From: Gracilinanus agilis
Lineage: Eukaryota
DNA length: 64,000 bases
Direction: 5' to 3'
Assembly (NCBI RefSeq): GCF_016433145.1
Contig: NC_058133.1
Location: 236,940,105-237,004,104 of the forward strand
Position numbers and translations under genes: made by a program. A model generated the notes under the pieces. The model ran no database searches and had not been told where the DNA came from. It saw only the letters and a list, made by a program, of their open reading frames with translations. Below are positions 39,318 to 52,400 of the stretch, piece by piece; position 1 is the first letter of the stretch; every line of letters begins with the position of its first letter.

Positions 39318-39381
39318 GAGAAAGATCGAAACTCTGACAATAAGAAGATATCACTACCAGCTGAACTGGAGAAGGAAGATG
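39318..39381 (+). CDS. MXRA7: MXRA7 coding exon 2 (EKDRNSDNKKISLPAELEKED-)
   Basis: CTTTCAG acceptor, G|GTGAGT donor, 64 nt, phase 0 to 1 bridging exons 1 and 3; acidic like the recalled human exon 2. Confidence 0.8.
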
Positions 39382-39584
39382 GTGAGTAGCAGAATGGGAA
39401 TGGCATCCAATAATTAAATGATTTAGAGCCAGAGAGAAACTTAGTGATTCTCTTGGTCAGTCTGCTCCTTTGACAGATAAGGAAATTGAGCGTTATATGA
39501 CTTGCTCAGGGTCACATACAAAAAGCAATAAGGTTATTCTTCTATTCTTTGCCTTGGGAAAATCCAAAAACATTTATTAAGGAC

Positions 39585-39832
39585 TGTGTGGTATAGCGGA
39601 TAGAGCACTGGGCTTGGGATGCCAGAAGATTCATCTTTCTTCCTGAGTTCAAATCTGACCTCCAGATCATTTAATAGGTGGGTGACCCTGAGCAAGTCAC
39701 TTAACCCTGTTTGCCTTAGTTCCTCATCTGTAAAATGAACTGGAAAAGGAAATGGCAAACTACTCTAGTATCTTTGCTAAGGAAACCCCAAATGGGATCA
39801 TGAAGAGTTGACATGACTAAAATGATGCAACA
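39585..39832 (+). mobile_element. MAR1-like CORE-SINE
   Basis: Same tRNA head, CORE and Bov-B-like tail as the copy at 35095. Confidence 0.85.
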
Positions 39833-40576
39833 AAAGTATGTGTCAGGCACTTGACCAGGTACTGGTGATACAAAGAAATAATGGAACAGCTCTTTCTCTC
39901 AAAGATTATACATTGTTTAGGAGCTGCAACATTCAGTATGGGAGTATTTATTTACTACAGAGTGTAGCGTATGGCAGCTACTGACAGTTGAGGTATTACT
40001 GCTCTATCTAGTAGGGCAGCCAGGGGCTGTGGATTAGATGAGAATTGTAGAGAGGAGCCAAGAAATACAGCTGTACCATGGGCTTCAGAACACTGAGGCA
40101 AAGCCTTTGCTTGCCAGCACACTGAAGATTGGTAATTCGCTTCATCTGTCTAATTTTCCTTGTCATGCAACAGCATCAACCTTTCCTGTACTCTTTAACT
40201 CTGTTTTTAGAATTCTGTCATATAAGTCTTTGCCCCAGGATGGAGTCTCCAGAAAGTTAAAGATTAATTCTTCTAATTCTTCCTTCTTGGCTCAGTCTGT
40301 ATAGTCCTACAGCCTATTCTCCACATAGCTGCTGATATAATTTTCCTTAAGCCGTCAGTCATTACTTTGCTCAGTAAATATCAGTGACTGTTACCTTTAG
40401 GACCAAATATATAAACTCTTAGAATCAATACCAAGTATTGGTTTCAAGGGAGAGGAGCATTAATTAGGCAACTGAGGCTAATGACTTGCCCAGGTTCCAG
40501 AAGTATCTGAGGTCAGATATGAACCCAGGACCTCCCAGTGTTGGACTTAAAGCTCTTCACAACCTGGGCCCAACTT

Positions 40577-40577
40577 T

Positions 40578-40619
<42 letters not shown>

Positions 40620-40810
40620 CTTACCTTCTCTCTTAGAATCAAAACTGTGTATTAGTCCCAAGGCAGAAGAGTGGTAAGGGCTAGGCAGTGGGGGTTATAG
40701 TGACTTGCCCAGGGTCACACAACTAGGAAGTATCTGAGGACAGATTTGAACCTAGAACCTCCCATCTCTAGGCCTAGGTCTCAATCCACTGAGCTACTTA
40801 GTTCTCCCTC
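40577..40810 (-). mobile_element. SINE1/MAR-family SINE with a 40-nt poly-T tail
   Basis: Reverse GTGACTTGCCCAGGGTCACAC core; CCCAACTT on both sides. Confidence 0.85.
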
Positions 40811-40898
40811 CCCTACCCAACTTACCTTTACAATCTTATTACATACACATTCCTTTCCACTTCAGGGACAGAACAATCCATCCAAATAGACCTTATTG

Positions 40899-41146
40899 AG
40901 GTTTCATGGGAAGTCAAATTAAAAATTAATTGGAAACTAAATAATCTAATTCTTCAAAATGGGTAGGTCAAAGAACGTATCATAGAAACAATCACTGATT
41001 TCATTGAAGAGAATGATAATGAGGAGACAACATATCAAAATTTATGGGATACAACCAAAGCAGTACTTAGGGGAAAATGTCTATCCCTGAGAGCTTATAT
41101 CAATAAAATAGAGAAAAAGCAGATAAATGAATTGGAAGTGCAACCC
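40899..41146 (+). mobile_element. Internal L1 ORF2 fragment without a tail, flanked by 14-bp direct repeats
   Basis: Translates NWKLNNLILQNG*VKERIIETITDFIEENDNEETTYQNLWDTTKAVLRGK; AATAGACCTTATTG at 40885-40898 and 41147-41160. Confidence 0.9.
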
Positions 41147-42229
41147 AATAGACCTTATTGTTTTAGCTTCCATCCTCATACCTTTGCAGTGGCTGTTTGA
41201 GTCCTCACCTTTACATCTTAGAATTCCTAGTTTCCCTTAAGGCTGATCTCAAATCCTACCTTCTCCATGAAGCCTTTCCTGAAACTCTCAGCTAATAGTA
41301 CCTTACTCCTATACCTATATATGTATATCTCTGTCTTGCCCTTCCTTTCTCCCTTGTTTCCCCTTCAGGACAGAGACTTTTACTTTTGTCTTTATATTTT
41401 CCTGGTGTAGTGCCTAGCATATAGGAGATACTTAATGCATGATTGATGACTGATTGATTTTTCCTTGTTTTGCAACTCTTGAGATTTCTCTTCTATGAAC
41501 ATTTCTTAGACTATCTTTTTAAAAACTACTTCTTATAATTCTTTTAGAACTTAAGACCCAGGGTAGGAAATTCCTTATTTCTGAGTAGTTTATAAATTCT
41601 CTTTTAGCCTGTGGGGGTGTAGACTCTTAGGGGAGGGATAAAGAGAGAGGCAGGGGAAAACCATAAAACTCAGACCTAACAGTTGTGAAAGGCAATCTGG
41701 CTGGACTTGGATAGGAGCTATGAATTTAAGCCCCTTTCTTTAATTCTAAGCCATAGAAATAATGTTGCTGTAACTTTAAATTTACAACTGGCAGCAAAAA
41801 TGGAAATAGAAGGCTTCAGGAATGCAATAACTTAGGCATCTGTGTTCAGCACAGAGTTGGGATAATATAGTCCTTCAATCCCAGGAGTCTAGGGCAAAGT
41901 TGTCACTTTCTAGAAATACAACTATTGAAGAAGACCTACAAGTTGTACAGGTTGAGTGGTTACAAGAGGAGGTAAGGATGGGAATTAGGCCCTCCCACTG
42001 AAGGATGCTTGCTTTCTGAGGTTCATTTTCCCTGCTAGGTCTGTGAACTAAGGGAGCATTTAGAGATTGTGATCTCTGGAATCTGTTACTTCTATATCAA
42101 CAAAAATTGCTATAAATATGCAAGTGAAAAATATCAGGATACTGTTTAGTGCCTTGAGGGTCCGAAAAAGGAAATAAGACAAGTGTTTGATAGTTATTCT
42201 CTCTCTTTATAGGCTGATGTATATGCAGC

Positions 42230-42447
42230 TAGGGATATTTAGAAGCCAGCTAGAACTGGCTTTCCAGAGTTAGTTGTTAAATTTTCATTTTAAGCATTTA
42301 CAGACACCTCAGAAATCTCCAGAATACAAATCAGGGCTTGGTGACTTAAAGTGATGGAGAATATGTTGATAATGCAAATTAAACAAAATTTTGTTGTGAG
42401 AACTTTTTTTTTCCTACAGTTGTTAAACATTTACAAGCACTCCCCTG
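42230..42447. mobile_element. Old hAT-Blackjack (MER63-like) MITE
   Basis: TACAAATCAGGGCTTG...AAAGTGATGGAGAA...GATAATGCAAATTAAAC and a terminal GTTGTTAAACATTTACAAGCACTCCCCTG, as I recall for MER63. Confidence 0.6.
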
Positions 42448-44111
42448 TATAGCCCATATTGTTCTCAAACACACCTCCTGATAAATGCTTTGTTTTCTGA
42501 GCCTTTATCTGAGTTGCCCCAATCAAATATTCTAGTCTTATATGAGTTTTATTCCTTCCAGGTTTGACATAGCAGAGTGAATAGAAAGAGAAGTTTATGA
42601 TTTCAGTTATCAGAAGAGGATATCAATGCAACCCCACATTTCCTCTCATATTCAGCTAATCCCAGGTAGTAATTGATTGGTGTTAGTGTCATGACTTCTC
42701 TAAATATCTCCCTTGATTTCAGATGCAACTGGAAGAGAAAATTCCTCTGATGGTCTCTGGAAGCCTCTTGTTATTGAAACTACATGGCCTGGCCAGAATG
42801 ATATTGTTTATATGTCACTTATTATATTATGCTTGATTAAATTAAAGCCCTTTGAAAAAATTTGTGATATCTGATTTAAAAATGAGGCAGTTAAAGGCAG
42901 CATGATGCATACTGGAAAGAGCCCTTGATTTGGATTCAGAGGACTAGGTTTGAATCTAAGGACTGCCATTATTAGTTGCATGACCTTAGGCAAATAATTG
43001 GACTTCCTTAACCCTCTATTTCCTCATTTGTAAAATGAGAGGATCAGATTAAATGTATTCCAAGGCCATTTTAGCTATAAATCCATAATTTCTTGAGTCA
43101 ACACAGATCTTAGCTATAACTCATTACTATCACCTCAATCAGATCTACTTTACATCCTTAAAACTAAGATCAGTGTTTCCTTCTCATTTTATTAACTTAT
43201 TAAGCTTATATGAAAATGCAACTGAATTAACTGGAAAAATCTGTTTCTAATATGGTTGATTCTATAATTTTTTTCTGGCTTTTATGGTAGTCAACAAAGA
43301 AACTAACATCCAACCGATTATGATTAAAAGGAGCACTCCATCTCTAACATCTTCTCTGACTTTCTCCCTCTGCTCTGATTGACTCATCTCATCTCATCTC
43401 TTATAGAAGACTGTCCTAACCCCTTTTAATTCGAATGCTTTCTCCTATTTATATTATATCCTATTTATCATATATGTCTATATCTATATCCATATCTATA
43501 TATATCTTGCTTTGGTTACATGTCAGTGGTGGGCCTCTTGAGGACAAGAACTGTCTTTTGCCTTTTTTTGTGCCCCTAGCTCTTAGCCCTGTGCTCCTGG
43601 AACATGGTAGGCACTTAATAAATGTTTATTGATTAATATTTATTGATCATCAATCTTGAATATAAAATCACTACATATATTTTCTATATATCCATTCTTA
43701 TCTCTTCAGTTAATCTATGCTTTGCAGTTTACAGAATTTCTTAAATTAAATATCTTGAATAGAGGGGTGGAGGCCTAGAGGTACAAAATTTTGCATATAG
43801 TATAAGATTAAATCACTTGGTTGGTGATTTTGTTTAAATATTTTTTTGTTGTTGCAAAAGAGGTTTTCTTTGTTTTGTGTGTGTGTGTGTGGGGGGGGGT
43901 AATAGTACTAGTAGTAGCGAGAAATGACTAGGATGTAGAAAATAAAAGGCATTTTAAAGTCCTTTCAGAAATAGTTATGGAGAGGCAGACTAAAGCCTAA
44001 TCCTAGGGTGAGATGTCACAGTGAAAGAGAAAATAGATTTAAAAACTGTTGCTCTGAGATACAAACTAATGCTAAATAACAGATTTTTTTTCTTAGCTTA
44101 AAGATTCTAGT

Positions 44112-44460
44112 TGCCTGGAATATAATGGAGAACCCACAGAAAAATTCCTAACTTCAAAAACCGGTTTTGAGGAAGCAGTTCTTTGGGGTTTTATTGTTGA
44201 GGATTAGAAAAAAATCCCACATGCTTCAGATATATTTCTGGAACTGGTTCCTTTTACTCCCAAGCTCCAGGGGGCTTTGTAGAATTTTCTTTCCTTTAGA
44301 TTCTTTTGTCTTCTTATAAATGCCATACTTGAAAAACCCCAGTCTGAGAAGAAAATGTGGCTTGACTTTTTCTATTATTAGGTATAAAGACATGATTTGG
44401 ATTCTTGACATTGGAGTGACAGAGAGATGAAGACTTCCAGAACAGTTGGTTTCCAGAACA
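44112..44460 (-). mobile_element. Possible short solo LTR
   Basis: TG/CA ends, minus-strand TATA-like at about 44314 and AATAAA at 44190-44195; no TSD found. Confidence 0.35.
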
Positions 44461-45813
44461 AAGGCTTAGTTTCTATAGTAACCTAAAAAGATAGCTGTGT
44501 ATTTTACACACTTAGAGAAATTAGATATAGACTGATTCAAACATATATGGACTGATTTCAATGTATTAGAATAGCGGCCATTCCCAGTAAATTAATGATC
44601 AAAAGATATGGACATGAAGTTCACAAAAGAAAAAAGCAAGCTGTCAACAACCATATAAAAATGCTTCAAATCTTTAATAAGAAGAAAAATGCAGATTAAA
44701 ACAGCTCTGAGATTTTACCTCTGAAATAGTCAGATAATAATGAAAAAGTGTTATAGGAAAGACCCATTAATGCTGGGGTTGGGGGTGGGGTTTTGGTGAA
44801 AATGATACCAGACAGAAAATGGAAGAATATCAATGAAACATTTTAAAGAATACCCAGGAAAGAACAGGAGGAGATTCAGAGGAAGATACTGCTTTGTAGT
44901 TTGAAATTCTTGATTTTATTTGCAGTCATATATCTTTGTATATATGTTTATATTGTTACTCTTTTAAGTTCAAAGTAAATTATTAAATATGGCAGGCCAT
45001 TCAGTCTTTTCCTTCCTCAGGAGAGTCTAGAAACTTCCTATCATACTCTTGGGTTGTGAATGTTGAGCTTAAAAAGGTTACTACTTAAAGAAAATTATTT
45101 CCTAGTAAAAGAGTTTTCTCCATCTCAAGTTTGTCCACAGTTACATTTCTGACCTTTTTACTATTCTTTCAGGTCTTTGCCATGCTACTCATTACTATGA
45201 ATTTATAGAATTTTTATTTCTGACTTCGCATATTTCTTATCTGTTTTCACTGAATCTCCTTTTTGCATGTTTTAAATCAGTCAGTCAGTAAGCATATATT
45301 AAAGGCTCATATTCAGACTGTTTGTGGTCTTGGTGTGGTTGTTTAAGTTTTTCTTGTTGAGATAATGATACTCCATTCTGACCTTATACCTTTTAAGTTT
45401 TGTCTCTAAAATATATTTGGCTTAAAATCTCTTACAAAACAGTATCTCAGGGTCCATGAATTGTTGGGTGCATTCCCTTAACACCAGGGAGGCTTATAGG
45501 AATTTGTCAAGTGTTCCTGTGACTCTCTGGTGTGATCATGGCTAGATTGACTCCAAGCAGATTGTATTTAACTCTAATTTTGTGGGAACCTGTGAATAAG
45601 AAATAGGGCACTGGAAAAGTGTTTAGAATTATATGTGAGGAATCTTAGAGCTTTATTTGAAAGGGGATAGAACTAATGGCCCAGACGCTAGGAATGAGAG
45701 CATGTATTTCCCCTGAAAAACATTATTTCCAATGCACCAAGAGAAATATTGAATCAGCTGCCCCTGTGGTGGAAGGAGGCTGAATATGTTAAAAGAGAAG
45801 GTGGTATTTCTTT

Positions 45814-46025
45814 CTTTCTTTCTCAAGAAAAAACAAACAAACCCTTACCTTTTCTCTTATAATCAATATTGCATATTGATTCCAAGAGTGGTAACAGCTA
45901 GCAAATAGAGGGTAAGTGACTTGCTCAGGGTCACACAGCTAGGAAGTATCTGAGGCCAGATTTGAACCCAGGATCTCCTATTGCTAGACTTGGCTCTCAA
46001 ACCACCAAGGCACCTAGGTGCTCCC
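45814..46025 (-). mobile_element. SINE with a 16-bp TSD, 140 nt upstream of MXRA7 exon 3
   Basis: AAGGTGGTATTTCTTT at 45798-45813 and 46026-46041; CORE motif. Confidence 0.9.
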
Positions 46026-46165
46026 AAGGTGGTATTTCTTTAGTAGAAATTTGCTTATTTTGTAGTGAACAAAAGGTAAAGGGGCCCTTTCTGAAAGTTG
46101 TGTTTTTATTGAAACTTGTGAACTCATGTATGTATTCTACTCATATACATTCTCCCTTTCTGCAG

Positions 46166-46262
46166 AAGAGGAGACATTTTCCTTTAAATATAGCCCTGGG
46201 AAGCTGAGGGGAAACCAATATAAGAAAATGATGACCAAAGAGGAGTTGGAGGAAGAACAAAG
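46166..46262 (+). CDS. MXRA7: MXRA7 coding exon 3 (EEETFSFKYSPGKLRGNQYKKMMTKEELEEEQ-R); alternative start at 46169
   Basis: Conserved FSFKYSPGKLRGNQYKKMM motif; CAG-AAG tandem acceptor; AG|GTAGGT donor. Confidence 0.96.
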
Positions 46263-47545
46263 GTAGGTTGTACTGTTCCCCAACCTGTGTGTTAAAAAGC
46301 CCTTTGTGGGGAAAACTCAACTCTTTATATAGTTTTATATTCAAGGGTCTTCCAAGATCCAAGAGGGGTATGTAAAATAATCCTCTCTGAATCCTCTGGA
46401 ACATCTCTCTCCTCTTCTTCTCCATTTTTATATTTTAAGTTTTCTTTTCTATTAACTAGTCTTTTCAGCTCTAATAATATTCATCCCTGAGAACTTCCTG
46501 AACATCTTTGCAAAAAAGAGGAGACAACTTTTGATTGAAGGGCAGGGCCAAGCTCCTAGTGTAGGTAAGAATCTCTCTGCTTCTGAAGGGCTCATCCCTA
46601 CCTTTTCCCACTTCCAAAGCTTGTTGTTTCTGTGGAGGTAAATCCTAGAAGCTCATTTACACAGAGAGCTCATGACAAAACCAATTTATCATTTCAGCCC
46701 AGTGCAAGCTTCTTCCAGCTCAAGTTGGATTATTAGCAGGTGCTTCCTCCCATCCATACTCCACAAATCCTTCTCCCTCCTTGCCCAGTGCTAGAAGTAT
46801 AATCTTTTTGTTCTGGACTGTGGCACTCAGAAGGAAGCTACAACTGCTCAGCTTTTCATTTCAGTTTTTGTCCCACCCCCAGCCAAGGATCCACTGGGTA
46901 CTCAGAGTCATCTTATATTTCATTTACCTTCATTCAGTCCTGCTAGGGCTACTGTGGAGAATATTTGCGGGATTTGATAAGCAATGAAGAAATACAGGGT
47001 AGTGACAGAGAAATGATTGTTTTCAAGATGGGTCTTCAACATGTGTACATATGCTGTTATTCTCCACCGGTGGTGCCTCTGTGTGCCTTTGGTTCATTTG
47101 GTAAAGTCGGGAGCATCTATGGCAACTTGCATAGATTCTCAGTCTTTAGCATCCCACAGATGTTTGATGTGATACTAAACCCCACCCACCACCACCACCA
47201 AACACATCCATCATCACCATGAAATGATACTTCAGAGTCCAGGTGGACTGGAAGATTGTGTTGTTGGCAGGAGGCTCTTATTACCCACTGGCCCTGTAAC
47301 CTTTCACGTATCAGAAAATATTATCAATAATAAAGTGTTAGGCTTTTTAGCTTCCCCTCAGCTGCCCTTTCAGACTGCTACTATATGTTTCTCACTAGAA
47401 CAAAATAATAAATACATCCAGGAAAGCAGCACCCTAACACCCACATTAGGCCACCTTTGCTAGTGCAAACTACCTTTTGTTTCCTTCAGGTCTTAACTAT
47501 GCTGCCTCTTTGGTCTTATCAGGTTTACCTCCCTTTATATTACAG

Positions 47546-47582
47546 GATTGAGCTGACCTCTGACTTCACTTGCCTGTAGCAA
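47546..47582 (+). CDS. MXRA7: MXRA7 alternative microexon (R-IELTSDFTCL*), stop at 47577-47579, putative donor CAA|GTACCT
   Basis: CCTCCCTTTATATTACAG acceptor, phase 2 matches exon 3; resembles a recalled human isoform tail IELTSDLTSL. Confidence 0.7.
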
Positions 47583-49307
47583 GTACCTTAGTTCTGCACC
47601 ACAAATACTCTCCCAAATCTTTTTGGTAAGGATACCAACTTCTTAGCCTAGTGGTGCTTCACTCATATTGTCTATGAATGTGTTACATAAAACTGACATG
47701 GTCTAACTCTGTTTCCCCCTATTTCCTTCATAACCAATTAATAAATTGTATTTTCCATTTGAACCTCATCTCATCCTTCATGAGCATCAAGATTCATGAG
47801 CAAAAACAGAATATATAATTCCCTTGATGACTATGAATGTCCATGGGATGAGTGATTACTCAGGTTCATTTACAGTCATAATGGGACAGTGGATGGAAGA
47901 ACTAGTCTGATCTGGGACAGTTGTTTCCTAGAGAAAATAAGGGAAGAATCTGGAAAGCAAATGGGATTATTCTACCATCACCATATTTTATACCTATACC
48001 TTGCATTATGAACACAAATGTTGGTAAATACTTACATATGTGCATACACCTGCACCACGAGGGAGAGATAGTCCTTTTGTGTTGTTTGCTTTTAATTGTA
48101 TCCCCATGAGATGACAGCTGCAGCTTATTAAAAAGCTGCCACAAAGCACATTACCACTACAGTGTATTATAAAAACAGTACATTGCAACAGAGGCAATTT
48201 TATTTCTCAGGGCTTTAATATAAATAAGTGATGAAGGAGATAAGGCAGAATTTGTCTCTCTTTCTGTAGAGTAGAAATAGGAGTGGCTGGACTCAGAGGA
48301 TCACATGATCAGGATTCTTAGAGATTATTTAGTTCAATTCCTTCATTTTATAAGACAATAGCATTGCCTAAGGCTCTGGCTGAACTCAAATGGCTTTTCT
48401 GCTGTAATCAATATATTATAGTTTGAGGTTTGGAAAATAAGGTAATCTTATGGCCAGGGGACAGGAAAACCCTAATTAGGATTTCAGTAGAAATCTAATC
48501 TTTGAGCTAGTAATAAGCTCTGGGCTTATATAAAAGGACAGAGTGCCTTGGTTGCTTTCAGAAAGGCTATATTGTTTACACTGTCAGAGATTCTTAAGTC
48601 ACACCATAATCCCAGTCTCTCATTGTCAGGGTTAGAGTTTTGTATACTTATGGACCTCCCTTGTATATATGAAACAGTTTTCCCCCCACTTTCAGCCTGT
48701 CCTCAACATCATCATCTCCTACGATTTGGTAAAGAAAGATTCGTAGATCAGGTCCATCAATATTGTCTAAAATGAGCAGGAATCACACACACACACACAC
48801 ACATTTCCATTACTATCATCCTGGTCAGCATGAACCTCATATTTCTAAGACATCTCTATGACTGTCTTCATATCTATCTTTTTGTCTATAATGTCAGTTT
48901 TTCCACCTTTCCCTGTGTGTGAATAATGAAGGTGGCCTCACTCCTGAGTGCTTCCTCAAATCCACATTGCTCTCATTTGTTTTCCTTGATAGCTTGGGGA
49001 TTCTAATATGCCTGGCTTTTGTCTTTTTCATCTTCTCCAGCATGACATTTTGTTGGGGGTGTAGAAGTCATTGCTACTATTAGTCAATTAGTAAGCAATA
49101 AGTCCTACTATGTATCAGGCACTGGGAATGAATGCAGATACCAAAAATGAAAACCCATATTCAAAAAGAGCATACATTCTAGTCAGGAAACAAGTATGTA
49201 CATAAGTAATATGTAGTATAAATATAAAGACAATAAATGCATAGTAGTTAAAAGGATTTTAGGAGGAAAGGTAATCAATGTTGGGTGATTAAGAAAAACT
49301 TATTATA

Positions 49308-49470
49308 GGGGCCAGCTAGGTGGCTCAGTAGATAGAGAGCCACTCCTGGAGATAGAAGGTCCTGGGTTCAAATGTACTCTCAGATACTTCCTATCTGTGT
49401 TACTCTGAGCAAGTCGCTTAACCCCAATTACCTACCCCTTACTGTTTTTCTACTTCAGAACCAATTATAA
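49308..49470 (+). mobile_element. Older tRNA-CORE SINE
   Basis: GGGGCCAGCTAGGTGGCTCAGTAGATAGAG head, GGGTTCAAAT B-box. Confidence 0.8.
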
Positions 49471-52400
49471 GGTATAAAGTATGTTTTTTTTAAAAAGATA
49501 TTGGAAATACAAAGAAAATAAGGGAAATATATGAAGAGAAGAAAATAATAATACATTCTATGATTATGTGTTTCTTAAAAACAGTCACAAAATCAAGAGA
49601 AAAATGTATCGTAAGTAAAAAAAATACAACAGGAACTCAAAAGGAGAGGATATTTATATTAGTAGATATATAATTTACATATTTTAAAACAAATTGTGAA
49701 CAATGTGGAGTTTGTGGTTTTATATATAATTTTTTTATGTATCCATTTGTTTATTTAAATGTTTTTGGAGGGGTGGTTACTAAATATATAAAAAATATTT
49801 TTTAAAAAGAACATTGATGTACGAGGCAGTAGATTCAGAAATGAATTCTGTCTCTATTGTTTGATGCCCTTGTAACCACTGTCAGATCACTCTACCTCCC
49901 TAGGCCTTAATTTCTCTATCTGCAAAAATGAAATAGTTGGACCGAACTCTGATTTCCCTTCTAGATCTTATGATCTCAAAATGAAAAAATGGGTAGGAGT
50001 GAAGCTAGTATTTGGTCTGCCCTTACTTGCTTTCACTATATCCCTTTTCTTGTGGACAATAACTCACAATAAATGTTCCAGTGTAAGAGATGGGAAAAGA
50101 AGCTTATAGAAAATAAGAGGATCACTGAGGTGGGAGCTACAGCTGGTGGCAATCATTCTGTGCCTTGAGGCCTTCCTGTGCCAAAATTACTTACATTGCA
50201 AGGTTCAGGAATAAAAGCAGCATATTTTGAGAGAAAAAGCAGAAGTTCTAGAGAGCCCTTACTGAGAATCCAAAGATCCCTACTGAAACGACAGGGAGGT
50301 CCTGATCTTTGAGGGGGCATTGGAGGGATGTCTTTGGAATGTGAATGCATCTTGAACCACCAAAATGATAAATACCTCTCAGCGAGTATTGAAAAGCCTA
50401 AAATCATTCTCTATTTCAAGTTCCCAACTCTCAGCTCAAGTTTTTTTTGCCAATGAGTTGAAGCTGCTCTTTCCCTGATTATTAGGAAATTAGCCAGGGA
50501 CAACATGAAACAGGTACTATAGTTAATGCCCACAAAAACAAGGGAGCCATTGATCTGTTGCTGATGTATGAGTAACACCAGTTGACCTTCTTGGGAGCCA
50601 CCTGGTCCCACTGCATATTTCACATTGTGTAACATGGTGATGATATGACATGATATCCCTGACCTAGGCATAGCCTCAAGAAGCTTTGCCCCGCCTTATC
50701 CTCCATTGTCTTTCTTTTTGTGTAGGACAGCAAGTCTCAAATTTCCTTCAATTCTTTTTACATATAAGAATAACAAGCCCCGACATTTCAGCATCACATG
50801 TAGAAGAAGATAAATCATTATACAGTGTTGTTTATGGAAAGGGGAGTTCAAGTTTCAAGATGACGTTGTACATCATCCACTTGGGCATTCTGGAGATATA
50901 TACCCAAACAGTCCACAAGTATCTAGCATGCTTTCCTTGACAACTTCAAGGAAAGAAATGCAGAGCAATATATGAATATGCACTAACCATGACAAGGACC
51001 CAGAGGGAACTGATCCTGTCTGGAGAGTAGCCAACTCTAATATCAACATTAAAGCTCACTGATATCCTGTTCACCACCCCCGCCCACCAAAAAAAGAAAA
51101 GAAAATAAATTGTTGCTGAGCTGGGTCTTAAAGGATGATAGAGATTCTGTGGGGCAGAGGTTATGAAGGAATGCATTCCAGGAATGGAGGAAAGCCAGTG
51201 CAAAGGCATAAAGAAGATGGAGTATCATATATAAGAAATAGGGCAGTTTAGCTAGATTGCATAGTGCAATAGATAGAGACTGCAAAGATAGATTGGGCCT
51301 GGATTGTAAAAGTCTTTTAAAGTTAAGCTGAGAAGTTTTTATTTTAACCTAGAGTCAATACAGAACCCTTGGTACGAATTGAGTAAGGCAATGATATGAT
51401 CATTTTGTGCTTAAGGAAAATCACTTTGGTAGCAAGAGCAGTGTGGAGGGCTAACTAGAGTTGAGGGAGACTTGAAGCAGGGAGTCTGCTTAGGATATTG
51501 CAGTAATCTGTGTGAGAAAGTAGTAAGGGCATGAACTTAGAAAGTAGTCATGTGAGTAGAAAGACATATTTTTTAAAAGATCTTCTAAACAAAGCTTTGT
51601 TTATTAAAAGATTAGCATTGATCATAAATCTATCCAGCCAACTTTACTTATTATAACTATTTACATTTAAATTAGTTTAAATGTATAAAGGATCATTACT
51701 ATTTTTCAGTCACTCTAAGTTTTTAATCAGAATGTGATGTTGGCACATTCATTCTTACTTGCTTTTTCCTTAAAGTTTCTGATCTTTTAAAATGTTTAAA
51801 TTTTTCAAATTTTTATTGTTTATTTTTAACATTAATTTTTTTATTCCAGTTTTGAATTCTCTCCCTCTTATCCTTCTTTCCACTAAGGCAAGAAATGTGA
51901 TATCAGTTGTACATGTGAAATCACACAAAACATGTTTTCATATTAGCCATGAACATCCCCAAACATTTCAGTTCATAATTCTTTAGGGCAATTGGCAATT
52001 GTATACCATAGTTGGAAAAAAGAGACCCCAAATTACTTCTCTCATATGTTTTACTTGACATATGACAGTGGACATATCCCTACTACACACCTATAAAAAC
52101 ATCAGATTTCTTCTACCAGAGACTGAAAGGAGGACCTCTATTACATAATTTTGAGATGTCTTGGACTTGAGAATGAAGAACTTATATTCATCATTCTACA
52201 GGTACCATGTAGATAAGATTGAATGATGCTTAGTGATTTCTGCTTTGTCACTGATAACTTTCTCTTATCACTCAGCTCGTCATTATTTTTCTTAGTCCCA
52301 ATGTCTTCTCTGTCTCATGTGTTCAGTTTTTTCTGAGCTGTGTGCTCATGCAAGAGATGGGAACTAAGTGGAAATCTCGTGGGTTTATATTGTTCCCAGG

